Source of the DNA: Hyphomonadaceae bacterium
Lineage (GTDB): Bacteria; Pseudomonadota; Alphaproteobacteria; Caulobacterales; Hyphomonadaceae
DNA length: 64,000 nucleotides
Assembly: GCA_965279205.1 (NCBI GenBank)
Contig: OZ257144.1
Location: forward strand, 2,415,499 to 2,479,498
Reading direction: 5' to 3'
Positions 42,289 to 54,036 of the stretch are shown here, one piece after another (positions within the stretch are counted from its first letter, which is position 1; the number at the start of each line of letters is the position of its first letter). The position numbers and the translations under genes are program-made. The notes below the pieces were generated by a model. The model ran no database searches. It was not told the origin of the DNA and worked only from the letters and a program-made list of their open reading frames with translations.

Positions 42289-43506
42289 ATGCTCGACAAG
42301 CTCAAGGACCCGAAAATCCTGCGCATTGGGCTGATCTCGGCAGGCGCGGTGATTGTCACGGCCATAGCCGGCAGCATCCTGCTTCAAGACACGCTGTTCC
42401 GGATGTCGATTACGCCGCCTAGCCGCTTCGCCGCCGAGCCGGCTCCTCCGCGTCCGGACTACACCAAGCCCGAAGCCTGGGCGCTTCGTCCTGCCCTGCC
42501 GCCGCCCGGCGGATGGGAGACGCCGTGGGGCATCGACATCTTCTTCGTCCATCCGACCTCCGCCTATGGCGGCGCCTGGAACGCGGCGATCGACAGCGCC
42601 GACGCACTGAAGGTTCTGAAAGAAAGTATCCTGCCCAATCATGCCGGTCCGCTGCTGCAGGCCGGGCCTGTCTACGCCCCGCTCTACCGGCAGGCCTCGC
42701 TCCATTCCGAGATCGATGTCGGCGGCGAAGGCGATGGCGCGCTCGAACTGGCCTATGACGATGTGCTTCGCGCCTTCGACCAGTACGTCGCGGCAGACAA
42801 CCGCTTTCGTGGCATTCTTCTTGTCGGCGTCGGCCAGGGTGGGCTTCACGTCCAGCGGCTGGTGAAAGACCGCTTCCAGGACGAAGCGCTGAAGCTGCGC
42901 CTCGCCGCCGCTTACGTGATCGACGCAGCTCTTCCTGCCGAACTGCCCGGCAAAGCCATCGTTCAACCCGTGTGTGCCGCTCTCGACGAGATCCACTGCG
43001 TTGTCAGCTGGAAGACTGTCTTGGCCGGCGAGGACTCGCAGCGCTTCCGCGATAGGTCTCCCGTGTGGACAGCCGACGGCAAGATCGCCGCCTCAAAGGG
43101 CAAGGCGCTGGTTTGCGTCAATCCGATGCGCTGGACGATCGACAGCGAGCTCTCTCCGCGCATCGACCATCGCGGCGCCGCACGGGCCAAGGGCGCGGAC
43201 GACCTCGAACCCGCCATCATGCCGAAGCTCGTCTCCGCCCGCTGCAACCACGGCGTCCTCGACGTTGAACGCCCGTCAGCCCCTGACCTTCAGCCCGACA
43301 GCAATGCCGGCGCCCAATACAGAACGCCGGACTACAACCTCTTCTACGGAGACATCGTCGCCAACGTCGCCACGCGCATGCGTACACTCAGCGCCTGGCT
43401 CGACGACGGCAGCAATGCCCGCAAGCCCGCGGAACCGCTACCTCCCGCGCAATTGCTCGACGATCCGATCTACCGGCCGAATGGTGAGCCGGAACGGGCG
43501 CAGTAG
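42289..43506 (+). CDS. DUF3089-family protein (alpha/beta-hydrolase-like)
   Basis: 405 aa. N-terminal TM, then PDYTKPEAWALRP...DIFFVHPTSAYGG, as recalled for DUF3089. Confidence 0.5.
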   Translation: MLDKLKDPKILRIGLISAGAVIVTAIAGSILLQDTLFRMSITPPSRFAAEPAPPRPDYTKPEAWALRPALPPPGGWETPWGIDIFFVHPTSAYGGAWNAAIDSADALKVLKESILPNHAGPLLQAGPVYAPLYRQASLHSEIDVGGEGDGALELAYDDVLRAFDQYVAADNRFRGILLVGVGQGGLHVQRLVKDRFQDEALKLRLAAAYVIDAALPAELPGKAIVQPVCAALDEIHCVVSWKTVLAGEDSQRFRDRSPVWTADGKIAASKGKALVCVNPMRWTIDSELSPRIDHRGAARAKGADDLEPAIMPKLVSARCNHGVLDVERPSAPDLQPDSNAGAQYRTPDYNLFYGDIVANVATRMRTLSAWLDDGSNARKPAEPLPPAQLLDDPIYRPNGEPERAQ

Positions 43507-43512
43507 CTGACG

Positions 43513-43980
43513 TCAGGCGTCAGCAGCGACCTTCATCGACACGATCTTGCCGGGGCTACGCGGTGGCTCGCCCTTCGGCAGCTTGTCGACATTCTCCATG
43601 CCGCTCGTGACCTTGCCCCAGACCGTGTACTGCTTGTCGAGGAAGCTCGCGTCATCGAACACAATGAAGAACTGGCTGTCGCCGCTGTTCGGATCACTCG
43701 CGCGCGCCATCGAGCACACGCCGCGCTGGTGGCTGACATCGTTGAACTCGGCTTTCAGCTTCTTGCCCGAGCCGCCCATGCCGGTGCCATCCGGGCATCC
43801 GCCCTGCGCCATGAACTTGTCGATCACGCGGTGAAAGATCAGCCCGTCATAGTAGCCCTCGCGCACCAACTCCTTGATGCGCGCCACATGTCCTGGCGCC
43901 TTCTCCGGCAGCAGCTGGATCGTCACCGGACCGGTGTCGAGCGTCAGGAGGAGGGTGTTTTCTTTGTCAGCTGCGCTCAC
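43513..43980 (-). CDS. ppiB: Peptidyl-prolyl cis-trans isomerase, cyclophilin type (cytoplasmic)
   Basis: 155 aa. FHRVIDKFMAQGG...SQFFIVF cyclophilin signature. Confidence 0.9.
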   Translation of the reverse strand: MSAADKENTLLLTLDTGPVTIQLLPEKAPGHVARIKELVREGYYDGLIFHRVIDKFMAQGGCPDGTGMGGSGKKLKAEFNDVSHQRGVCSMARASDPNSGDSQFFIVFDDASFLDKQYTVWGKVTSGMENVDKLPKGEPPRSPGKIVSMKVAADA

Positions 43981-44861
43981 GGCGTAGGCCTTTCCACGAT
44001 GACGTCTACAGGGGGAAGTTCGCAGGCCTGATATGGGTCGGATGCCTTGAGCGTGGCAAGTGTTGCCGCGAATTCAGGTCCATCGGTCCGCCGCACGTAG
44101 ACCGTCGGGCGCTTGCTCTCTTTCAGGTCCGCAACGACCACGGCCTTGGTCAGCTTGTCCGCCTGGCTCGGCGGCAGCACGCCGTTCTCGTCCTCATTGC
44201 CGGCCTTGATTCCGCGGATCACGTCGAGACCAGTCAAAGCCCGGCCCCAGGGCGTGTATTTCTGGTCGAGCCCGTCAGGCCCCACGCGCGGCTGGCGCAT
44301 CAGGAAGAACTGCGTGTCCGCGCTGTCCGGATCATCCGTGCGCGCCATGGATGCGACGCCCGGGCAGTGAACGGCCCACGTCTTGGCCACCGGCGGCGCC
44401 GAGATCATCGCGACCTCGTCCGGCTGGCCCTGCACCACAAAGCCATCCATGTAACCCAGCTTGTCGCCGTCCGGCGTCACACCGAACCACTGCACCTTCT
44501 GCTTGGTCGGGTCGCGGCCCCAGGTGAACTCGGCCTTCAACATCGGATAGCGCGGATAGATCTGATAGATCGCATAGACCTCGCCGCCCTGCGCCATGAA
44601 GTCGTCGATCACACGGTGGAAGGGCAGCTTGTCGTAGTTGGTGTCGCGCGTGATCTTCTTGACCTGTTCGACATGCTTGGGCGCGATGTCAGGGCGCAGC
44701 TCGACAAGCACTTCCTGCTTGTTGATCGTGAACTGCAGCAAGTTTTCCGGATCGATCTTGCGCCAGTTTGCGGGATCGTCCGCCGGACCAGCCGCCGCCA
44801 CGCCAGCAAACGCCAGCGATGCGGCCCCGGCGGCCGCCGTCATCAAAACTCTACGGAACAT
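43977..44861 (-). CDS. ppiA: Peptidyl-prolyl cis-trans isomerase, cyclophilin type (secreted, extended)
   Basis: ORF 43977..44954, start trimmed to MFRRVLMTAAAGAASLAFAGVAAA (signal peptide). FHRVIDDFMAQGG...TQFFLM. Confidence 0.85.
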   Translation of the reverse strand: MFRRVLMTAAAGAASLAFAGVAAAGPADDPANWRKIDPENLLQFTINKQEVLVELRPDIAPKHVEQVKKITRDTNYDKLPFHRVIDDFMAQGGEVYAIYQIYPRYPMLKAEFTWGRDPTKQKVQWFGVTPDGDKLGYMDGFVVQGQPDEVAMISAPPVAKTWAVHCPGVASMARTDDPDSADTQFFLMRQPRVGPDGLDQKYTPWGRALTGLDVIRGIKAGNEDENGVLPPSQADKLTKAVVVADLKESKRPTVYVRRTDGPEFAATLATLKASDPYQACELPPVDVIVERPTP

Positions 44862-44862
44862 G

Positions 44863-45411
44863 CTACTTGCCCTTTTTCGTCCCATACTTGGCGGCCAGCT
44901 GCCGGTTGACCGCTGCTGGGACGAATAGATCGGACCTTCCGCCGAGCCGCGCAATCTCTTTCACCAGTCGCGATGACACGGCCTGGTGATGCGGGTCCGC
45001 CATCAAAAAGACAGTCTCGATTTCGTCATTCATCCGCTGGTTCATCGCAACCATCTGGAATTCGTACTCGAAATCTGACACGGCCCGCAGGCCGCGGATG
45101 ATCATCTGTGCGCCGCACTCTTCGGCAAAATGCATCAGCAGGTTGTCGAACGGCCGCGCCTCGATCTCAACGCCGTTGGACAGCGCCCGCGCCTCGCTCA
45201 GCACCATGTCCACCCGCTCCTCGAGAGTGAACAGGGGGCCTTTGTCCTCGTTGATGGCGATGCCGATGATCAGCTTGTCGACCAGCTTCACGGCACGGCC
45301 GATGATATCCAGATGGCCGTTGGTGATGGGATCGAACGTGCCGGGATAGAGTCCTATCCGCTTGGCGCCCCTGCCTGAGGGAGCAACCCTGGCGGCGCCC
45401 GCAGCGCGCAC
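44863..45411 (-). CDS. coaD: Phosphopantetheine adenylyltransferase
   Basis: ORF 44863..45546. Core RIGLYPGTFDPITNGHLDII. No ATG near the conserved start; GTG at 45411 (10 nt after the gyrA stop) chosen. Start uncertain. Confidence 0.85.
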   Translation of the reverse strand: MRAAGAARVAPSGRGAKRIGLYPGTFDPITNGHLDIIGRAVKLVDKLIIGIAINEDKGPLFTLEERVDMVLSEARALSNGVEIEARPFDNLLMHFAEECGAQMIIRGLRAVSDFEYEFQMVAMNQRMNDEIETVFLMADPHHQAVSSRLVKEIARLGGRSDLFVPAAVNRQLAAKYGTKKGK

Positions 45412-45421
45412 GGGACGCGGT

Positions 45422-48193
<2,772 letters not shown>

Positions 48194-48469
48194 GCAGAAA
48201 GCGTCCGGAAAGAGGGCGGCGCAGCCGCCGGGATTCGATCCGTCTTTCTAGCCCATTTGTGCACCGCCACACAAACGTTTCGGACCGTTGATCCACAGGC
48301 CTGACACCCTGAATTGCAGGGGTTTTTCGACCTTCCAGAGGTTTCGGCCGATACGCCGCGCCCCGCGCTTCGAATGGGGTCGCCCGAAGCCACAAACTGG
48401 GCCTCCGGAAGGCCCCCGGAATCGGGCTTCCACCTGCGTGTGCTAGAATGCCCAAAACGGGAGGCGGGA

Positions 48470-48673
48470 ATGAAATACGCGAAGATCGCGCTGGGCATCG
48501 TTGGCGCGCTCGCCCTCCTGATGGGCGGCGTCTGGATCCTGCAGGGCTACAACATCCTGCCTGGCAGCTTCATGACCGGACAGATCGAGTGGGCCTATCG
48601 CGGCGCCGGCCTTGCCGTCCTCGGCGTGGCGCTGCTGTTCGTCTCGTTCCGCAAGCCGCGCCCGAAGACCTAG
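48470..48673 (+). CDS. Small 2-TM membrane protein
   Basis: ORF 48314..48673, trimmed to MKYAKIALGIVGALALL..., preceded by GGGAGG. 67 aa. Confidence 0.5.
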   Translation: MKYAKIALGIVGALALLMGGVWILQGYNILPGSFMTGQIEWAYRGAGLAVLGVALLFVSFRKPRPKT

Positions 48674-48691
48674 ACTGCGCCTTGAGCCGCC

Positions 48692-50767
48692 TCAGCCGAT
48701 CGTCCACCGGGCGCTGAGCCGGCCGATCATCTGCGACTTCCGCAGCTCCCGCTCGAACGTCTCGAGGCTGCCGATCCCGCGCGGTCCATCATAGACGAAG
48801 CGGTCGATCGTGAAGCGGTAGGGATCGAAATTGGTCAGCTCGGCGCGCAGCGTAAAGCTCGGCGACGGTTTCCACTCGATGAAGGACGCATAGAAGTTCC
48901 GGAGGCGGAGGCTCTGGATTTCCTCAAGCCGGTAATAGTCCTCCTCCCAGCCGCCGAACCAGCCAAGTCCCCAGGTCAACTTCAGGTCGGGCAGGTCCTG
49001 CCGGAAGTTCACATTGATCGTCTGCGGCCGCTGGCCAGAGATGCGCCGGTCTTCGCCCGTCAGTGGGTCGGTCACTTCGCTGTTCTGCCAATTGCCACTC
49101 GCCTTCAGCTCACCACCGGTGATGCCGAACGGCTTCAGCGGCAGGGTCAGGCTCACTTCGACGGTGTCGTTGGTCCCATCGCCGATATTGCCCGGCCCGG
49201 CGACCAGTTGCGTTGCGTTTGGATTCCCTGGCGTGGGCGCCGGCACCACGAACGGGAACTGGTCAATGACATCCTCGATGTCCTCGTGGCGCAGCGTGAT
49301 CACGGCCGCGCCGTTCTCCCAGAACCGCTTCTCGAACGCGGCTTCGTAAATCCACCGCTGGTCGGGCCGCAGATCAGAGGCGCCGGTAGTGACGAGGCTG
49401 TTGTTGAGGTTCACGTTCGAACTGAAGTCGCGGAAGTTGAGCTGGCCAACTTCGCGCTCGACGCGCATGCGCAGCTGGTCTTCCTTGCTCGGCGACCAGG
49501 TCGCAAGGACGCGCGGCTTGGGATAGGTGAATGACCGCTCCTGCGCGGTGGATCCTTCCTGCGTGATCGTGGAGCGTTCGACGCGGACGCCGGCTTCCAG
49601 CGACCATTGCGGGTTTGGCCGCCACGTGCCCTGCCCGTACGCCTCGCCGCGTAGCTCCTCGACCCGCACATCGGCCGCGGGCAGCGGCACCGGCGTTCCA
49701 TTCACCGTCAGCGCAACCTGCTGGTCGCGATAGTTGAACGCCACCTCGCCGCCGCCCTCGAACGACAGTTCCGGCGACAGTGTATAGCGCAGCACGCCTC
49801 GTCCGATCGTCTCACCGGCCTCGGCCTCGACGTGGACGGCTGACGACGAAACGCCCGAAACACCGGTGTCGTCGCCCTGGCCGACGGCCAGCTTCGACAG
49901 CGCCAGGGCTTCCAATTCGAGGCTCGGCATTAGGTCGACGGTGTAGTTCACACCGATCTCGCCCCGATCGTTGTGGCCGCGCGAGATGAAGCGTTCGTCA
50001 GTGCTGGGGCTGATGAAATGGTCTTCGTTCTTGAACTCGTCGGTGCTGGCCAGCCCGTTGACGCTCAGCGTCCCGCCAAGCTGCGGGCCCTTGTAGTTGC
50101 CGCGGATGCTGTGGACCGGGCCATCGCCCTCATGGTCCGCCCGCTCAGTGAACGTCGTGCCGGCGCCGACGTCCGTCGTGTAGCGGTATCCCCAGCCGAC
50201 CGAGTCGTCGAATGAGATCCCGCGCGCCAGCTGGAAGTCGAACTGGTGTTCGCCCGCGCGCCGCGTCGCCTGATAGTTCCAGCCCGGCAGCGTGTGTCCG
50301 GTCTGCGCGAACACATAGCCCTGCGCCGACAATACCTGCTGGAAGGTATCGACCTTTTTCCGGATCACGTTGGCGATGACCGAGCGGCCCTGCATGTCGA
50401 TGCCCGGCGCCCCGCCACGGATGAGGTCGATCCGCTCGACCTGATCGATGGGGATCCGCGCCAGCGTGTCTTGCAGCGTGTCGGTCTTGATCGTTGGCCG
50501 CGCCCCGTCGATCAGCACGTTCCCCGCCGCTCCGGCGAACCCGCGCACATTGTCGCCGCCCTCGAACTGGAAGCCCGGCAAGCGGCTGATCATCTCCAGC
50601 GCCGTGTTGGGCCGCGCCGAGGCGAAGTCCGCGGGCGTGTAGGAGATCACCCCTTCCTGGCCCACTACCGTTTCCGCCGGCGGCGTCGTTGTTTCCTGCG
50701 CCATCGCGGGCGCGGCGAACCCCGCCAGAAGAACTGGCGCGAGTGCGATAGAATGAAATCTGGGCAT
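48692..50767 (-). CDS. TonB-dependent outer-membrane receptor
   Basis: 691 aa. Signal peptide (AAPAMAQE), plug-domain motifs (ALEMISRLPGF, IERIDLIRG), long beta-barrel. Confidence 0.85.
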   Translation of the reverse strand: MPRFHSIALAPVLLAGFAAPAMAQETTTPPAETVVGQEGVISYTPADFASARPNTALEMISRLPGFQFEGGDNVRGFAGAAGNVLIDGARPTIKTDTLQDTLARIPIDQVERIDLIRGGAPGIDMQGRSVIANVIRKKVDTFQQVLSAQGYVFAQTGHTLPGWNYQATRRAGEHQFDFQLARGISFDDSVGWGYRYTTDVGAGTTFTERADHEGDGPVHSIRGNYKGPQLGGTLSVNGLASTDEFKNEDHFISPSTDERFISRGHNDRGEIGVNYTVDLMPSLELEALALSKLAVGQGDDTGVSGVSSSAVHVEAEAGETIGRGVLRYTLSPELSFEGGGEVAFNYRDQQVALTVNGTPVPLPAADVRVEELRGEAYGQGTWRPNPQWSLEAGVRVERSTITQEGSTAQERSFTYPKPRVLATWSPSKEDQLRMRVEREVGQLNFRDFSSNVNLNNSLVTTGASDLRPDQRWIYEAAFEKRFWENGAAVITLRHEDIEDVIDQFPFVVPAPTPGNPNATQLVAGPGNIGDGTNDTVEVSLTLPLKPFGITGGELKASGNWQNSEVTDPLTGEDRRISGQRPQTINVNFRQDLPDLKLTWGLGWFGGWEEDYYRLEEIQSLRLRNFYASFIEWKPSPSFTLRAELTNFDPYRFTIDRFVYDGPRGIGSLETFERELRKSQMIGRLSARWTIG

Positions 50768-50803
50768 TGCCTCTCCGCAACCGGCGCCTTGGGCGCCGAC
50801 TCA

Positions 50804-50830
50804 ATTTTATTATCGATAATCGATAAATTT
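50804..50830. promoter_or_regulatory. AT-rich repeat/palindrome (Fur-box-like) in the divergent TBDR control region
   Basis: ATTTTATTATCGATAATCGATAAATTT is the most conspicuous AT-rich stretch noticed by eye in the intergenic regions. Hexamer-like units TATTAT / GATAAT / GATAAA lie 37-63 nt upstream of the TBDR ATG. Confidence 0.3.
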
Positions 50831-51065
50831 GAGCAGTGCAAGCGGAGGCTCGCGGAGGGGTCATAGCCCCAGGCTCGGATGTCTTCCAACACCCGCGCGA
50901 GGCAAAACTAAGGCATTCGTTGTGGAGACCCGAAACCGCAGGAATTTAACCGAAATCCAGCCCGCTGGCCGGCGGCCAGGCGGGCTCCTGAAGGTTGCGT
51001 ACGGTCTTCTGCACGCTCTAGTCTCTCGTCACGCACCATCTTCTGCGTGAACAGGGGAGACCGGC

Positions 51066-52115
51066 ATGAGAACTCTTTGGCTGGCAGGCTCGGCGCTGGC
51101 GGTTCTGGTGATGCCGCTGGCCAATCCGGCAGAAGCTCAGGCGGCCCTTCGCGGAAGCGCCAGCCCGGAAAGCACAAGCCCTGCTGCACCGAAGAGCCGG
51201 CCCGATCTCGAAGGCTTCTGGGACAACCGTTCGATCACAGACCTGGAGCGGCCACGCGGTGTTGATCAGCTGGTGGTTTCCGAGTCCGAAGGCGCCGCAC
51301 TGGTTCAGCGCAATCCGCTCATCATCCTCACGCAGATGGAGAAGAAGTCCGCTGGGCAGGATCCGAACAACACCGACATCCTGAAGGACAAGAATGCTGA
51401 CCGCGGCTACAACACATTCTGGATCGATCCCGGCACGCGCCTCGCCGATGTGAAGGGGCAACTCCGAACCTCGTGGATCGTCGAGCCCGCAAACGGTCAC
51501 ATACCCTACAAGGCCGGCGTGACGACGGGCGGCACCGGTCTTTCCCCGGTCAACTTCGACGGCCCCGAAACGCGCCCTTTGGCGGAACGCTGCCTCTACA
51601 TGTACACGGCCGGCCCCGTGATGCGGAACGTCATGTACAACAACACCATCCAGATCGTTCAGGGGCCGGACGCCGTAGTGATCCTTCTCGAGATGATCCA
51701 TCAGACTCGCGTGATCCCGATCGGCGGGAAGCATGGTCCAAAGGAAATCCCCAAATGGGGCGGTGATTCCATCGGCTGGTATGAGGGCGACACGCTGGTG
51801 GTCGAAACCATCAACGCGCATCCTCTGCAGCGCAGCCTGATCTCACCTGCTGGCAAGCTGACAGAGCGCTTCCGGCGCTGGTCGGATACGCAGATCCTCT
51901 ACGAGTTCACTGTGGACGATCCCACGCGCTACACTCAGGTCTGGCGAGGCGAAATGGCGCTCAACCGGTCGAGCCAGCCACCCTACGAGTTTGCCTGTCA
52001 TGAAGGAAACTACGCCATGGCGGGAATTCTCGGTGGCGCCCGCGGGCTTGAGGCCAGAGGGATCACCCCATCGCTCGGACCGGGCATCGAGGCCGGCCTC
52101 GAAGCGCCGGAATAG
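51066..52115 (+). CDS. Secreted conserved hypothetical protein
   Basis: 349 aa. Signal peptide (LAVLVMPLANPAEAQA) and C-terminal motif FACHEGNYAMAGILGGAR. No family name recognised. Confidence 0.55.
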   Translation: MRTLWLAGSALAVLVMPLANPAEAQAALRGSASPESTSPAAPKSRPDLEGFWDNRSITDLERPRGVDQLVVSESEGAALVQRNPLIILTQMEKKSAGQDPNNTDILKDKNADRGYNTFWIDPGTRLADVKGQLRTSWIVEPANGHIPYKAGVTTGGTGLSPVNFDGPETRPLAERCLYMYTAGPVMRNVMYNNTIQIVQGPDAVVILLEMIHQTRVIPIGGKHGPKEIPKWGGDSIGWYEGDTLVVETINAHPLQRSLISPAGKLTERFRRWSDTQILYEFTVDDPTRYTQVWRGEMALNRSSQPPYEFACHEGNYAMAGILGGARGLEARGITPSLGPGIEAGLEAPE

Positions 52116-52188
52116 CTGCCCGACGCCAACACAGGTCTCCGCCAGACCTGCGCTCCTGCGCATTGCTCCCCATCTCCGAGGTTCACCC

Positions 52189-52866
52189 GTGCAATACGAT
52201 GAAGTCGTTTTCGGACGCCGCAGCATTCGTGGCTACAAGTCCGACCCTGTGCCGAAGGCGGTGATCCGGGAGGTCATCGACATGGCGATGCGCGCGCCAT
52301 CCTCGCTGAATACCCAGCCCTGGAGTTTCTACGTCGTCGCTGGCGCTGCGCTCGACCGTATCCGCGCCGGCAATACGGAACGCAACCTCGCCGGCGTCCC
52401 GCACAGCCGCGAATTCCGTAGCCATGGCGAATACGCCGGCGTCCATCGCGAACGGCAGATCGAGATTGCCAAGCAGCTTTTCGCCGCCATGGGCATCGAG
52501 CGCGACAACAAGGAAAAGCGCCAGGACTGGGTCCTTCGCGGTTTCCGCCAGTTCGATGCGCCCCTCTCGATCGTCGTCACCTACGATCGCTCGATCCATG
52601 GCGGCGACATCGCCCCCTTCGATTGCGGCGCCGTCGCCAACGCGCTGGTGAATGCAGCATGGTCCCGCGGCCTCGGCTGCGTAATCAACAGCCAGGGGAT
52701 CATGCAATCCCCTGTCGTTCGCGAGCACGCCGGAATCCCGGATGACCAGGTCATCATGATCTGCATCGCCATGGGCTATCCCGACGACACATTCCCCGCG
52801 AACGCCGTCGTCTCCCGGCGCAAATCGATCGACGAGGCCACCGTGTTTGTGGGCTTCGATGAGTAG
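52189..52866 (+). CDS. Nitroreductase-family flavoprotein
   Basis: In frame within ORF 51991..52866, GTG start at 52189. RRSIRGYKSDPVPKAVIREVIDMAMRAPSSLNTQPWSFYVV. Confidence 0.8.
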   Translation: MQYDEVVFGRRSIRGYKSDPVPKAVIREVIDMAMRAPSSLNTQPWSFYVVAGAALDRIRAGNTERNLAGVPHSREFRSHGEYAGVHRERQIEIAKQLFAAMGIERDNKEKRQDWVLRGFRQFDAPLSIVVTYDRSIHGGDIAPFDCGAVANALVNAAWSRGLGCVINSQGIMQSPVVREHAGIPDDQVIMICIAMGYPDDTFPANAVVSRRKSIDEATVFVGFDE

Positions 52867-52873
52867 CGCCGCG

Positions 52874-53999
52874 CTAGTCCAGATCCTCCACCACCGTCTC
52901 CGGCCCCAGCTTGTGCGACAACGACGCCGCGAGGAACTCGTCCAGATCGCCGTCCAGAACGCCCGCCGTATCTGACGTCTCGACGCCCGTCCGCAGGTCC
53001 TTCACCATCTGGTAGGGCTGCAGCACATAGCTGCGGATCTGCCGGCCCCAGCCGATCTCGGTCTTGGAGTCGGCTTCGGCCTGCGCCGCCGCCTCGCGCT
53101 TCTTCAGCTCCATCTCGTAGATGCGCGCGCGCAGCATGTCCCACGCCTTGGCGCGATTCTTGTGCTGCGAGCGTTCGGCCTGCACCGCCACCACGATGCC
53201 CGTCGGCGCGTGGGTCAGGCGCACGGCGCTGTCCGTCTTGTTGATGTGCTGTCCGCCTGAGCCCGAAGCTCGATAGGTGTCGGTGCGAACATCTTTCTCC
53301 TGGATGTCGACTTCGATCGTATCGTCGATCACCGGATAGACCCACACCGAGGCAAAGCTCGTGTGGCGCCGCGCGTTGGAGTCGTAGGGCGAGATGCGCA
53401 CAAGCCTGTGCACGCCGCTCTCGCTCTTCAGCCAGCCATAGGCGTTCTCGCCCTTGATCAGCATCGTGGCCGACTTGATGCCCGCGGTCTCGCCTCCGTG
53501 CTCGTCGATCTCCTCGATCTTGTAGTCGTGAGCATTGGCGTAGCGCACATACATGCGGCGCAGCATCGACGCCCAGTCCTGACTCTCGGTACCGCCCGCG
53601 CCGGCGTTGATCTCGATATAGCAGTCGTTGGCGTCGACCTCGCCGGAGAGCAGCGCTTTCAGCTCCGCGTCCTTCGCCTTCTGCACCGCCGCGCGAATAC
53701 CAGCATCAACCTCGGCGAGCGTACTCTTGTCGCCTTCCGCTTCCGCCATGTCCCACAGCGCAACGGCGTCGTCGGCCTCGCGCTCCAGCATGCGGATGTC
53801 GTTCATGGCGGATTCGATGCGGTTGCGCTCCCGCATCATCGGCTGGGCTTTCTGGGGATCGTTCCAGAAATCGGGGCGCTCGGAGAGCGCGTTCAGCTCC
53901 GCGAGGCGTTTTTCGGCGACGCCCCAGTCAAAGACGCCTCCGGAGCAGACTGATGGACTGCCGGATGGTCTCGACCATGTTTTCGAGTTCAGGCGTCAT
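52874..53999 (-). CDS. prfB: Peptide chain release factor 2, requires programmed +1 frameshift
   Basis: Frame 0: [23 protein letters not shown] then TGA. After a +1 shift at CTT TGA C: [37 protein letters not shown]..., joining track ORF 52874..53839. SPF and GGQ ([14 protein letters not shown]) motifs present. 374 aa total. Confidence 0.95.
53927..53943 (-). promoter_or_regulatory. prfB +1 frameshift site with internal Shine-Dalgarno
   Basis: Minus strand reads CGGAGGCGT CTT TGA C. GGAGG lies 3 nt upstream of the CTT slippery codon, the canonical RF2 autoregulatory arrangement. Confidence 0.9.
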
Positions 54000-54036
54000 C
54001 GGATGCTCTGGCTACGACTTCAGGAACTGGCAGCCC

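Noticed and set aside
50868-51065. Possible cobalamin riboswitch next to the TonB-dependent receptor: GGGGAGACCGGC at 51054..51065 resembles the B12-box core GGAGACC, and AGGAATTTAACCGAAATCC loosely resembles the GGGAA...GGTGAAATCC region.
   Set aside because: The match is on the plus strand, so it leads into the hypothetical gene and not the TBDR. The GGGGAGA is adequately explained as that gene's Shine-Dalgarno. Other conserved cobalamin-aptamer elements (CCCGC..ACTGT, GGGAAG) were not found. A covariance-model scan (RF00174) would settle it.
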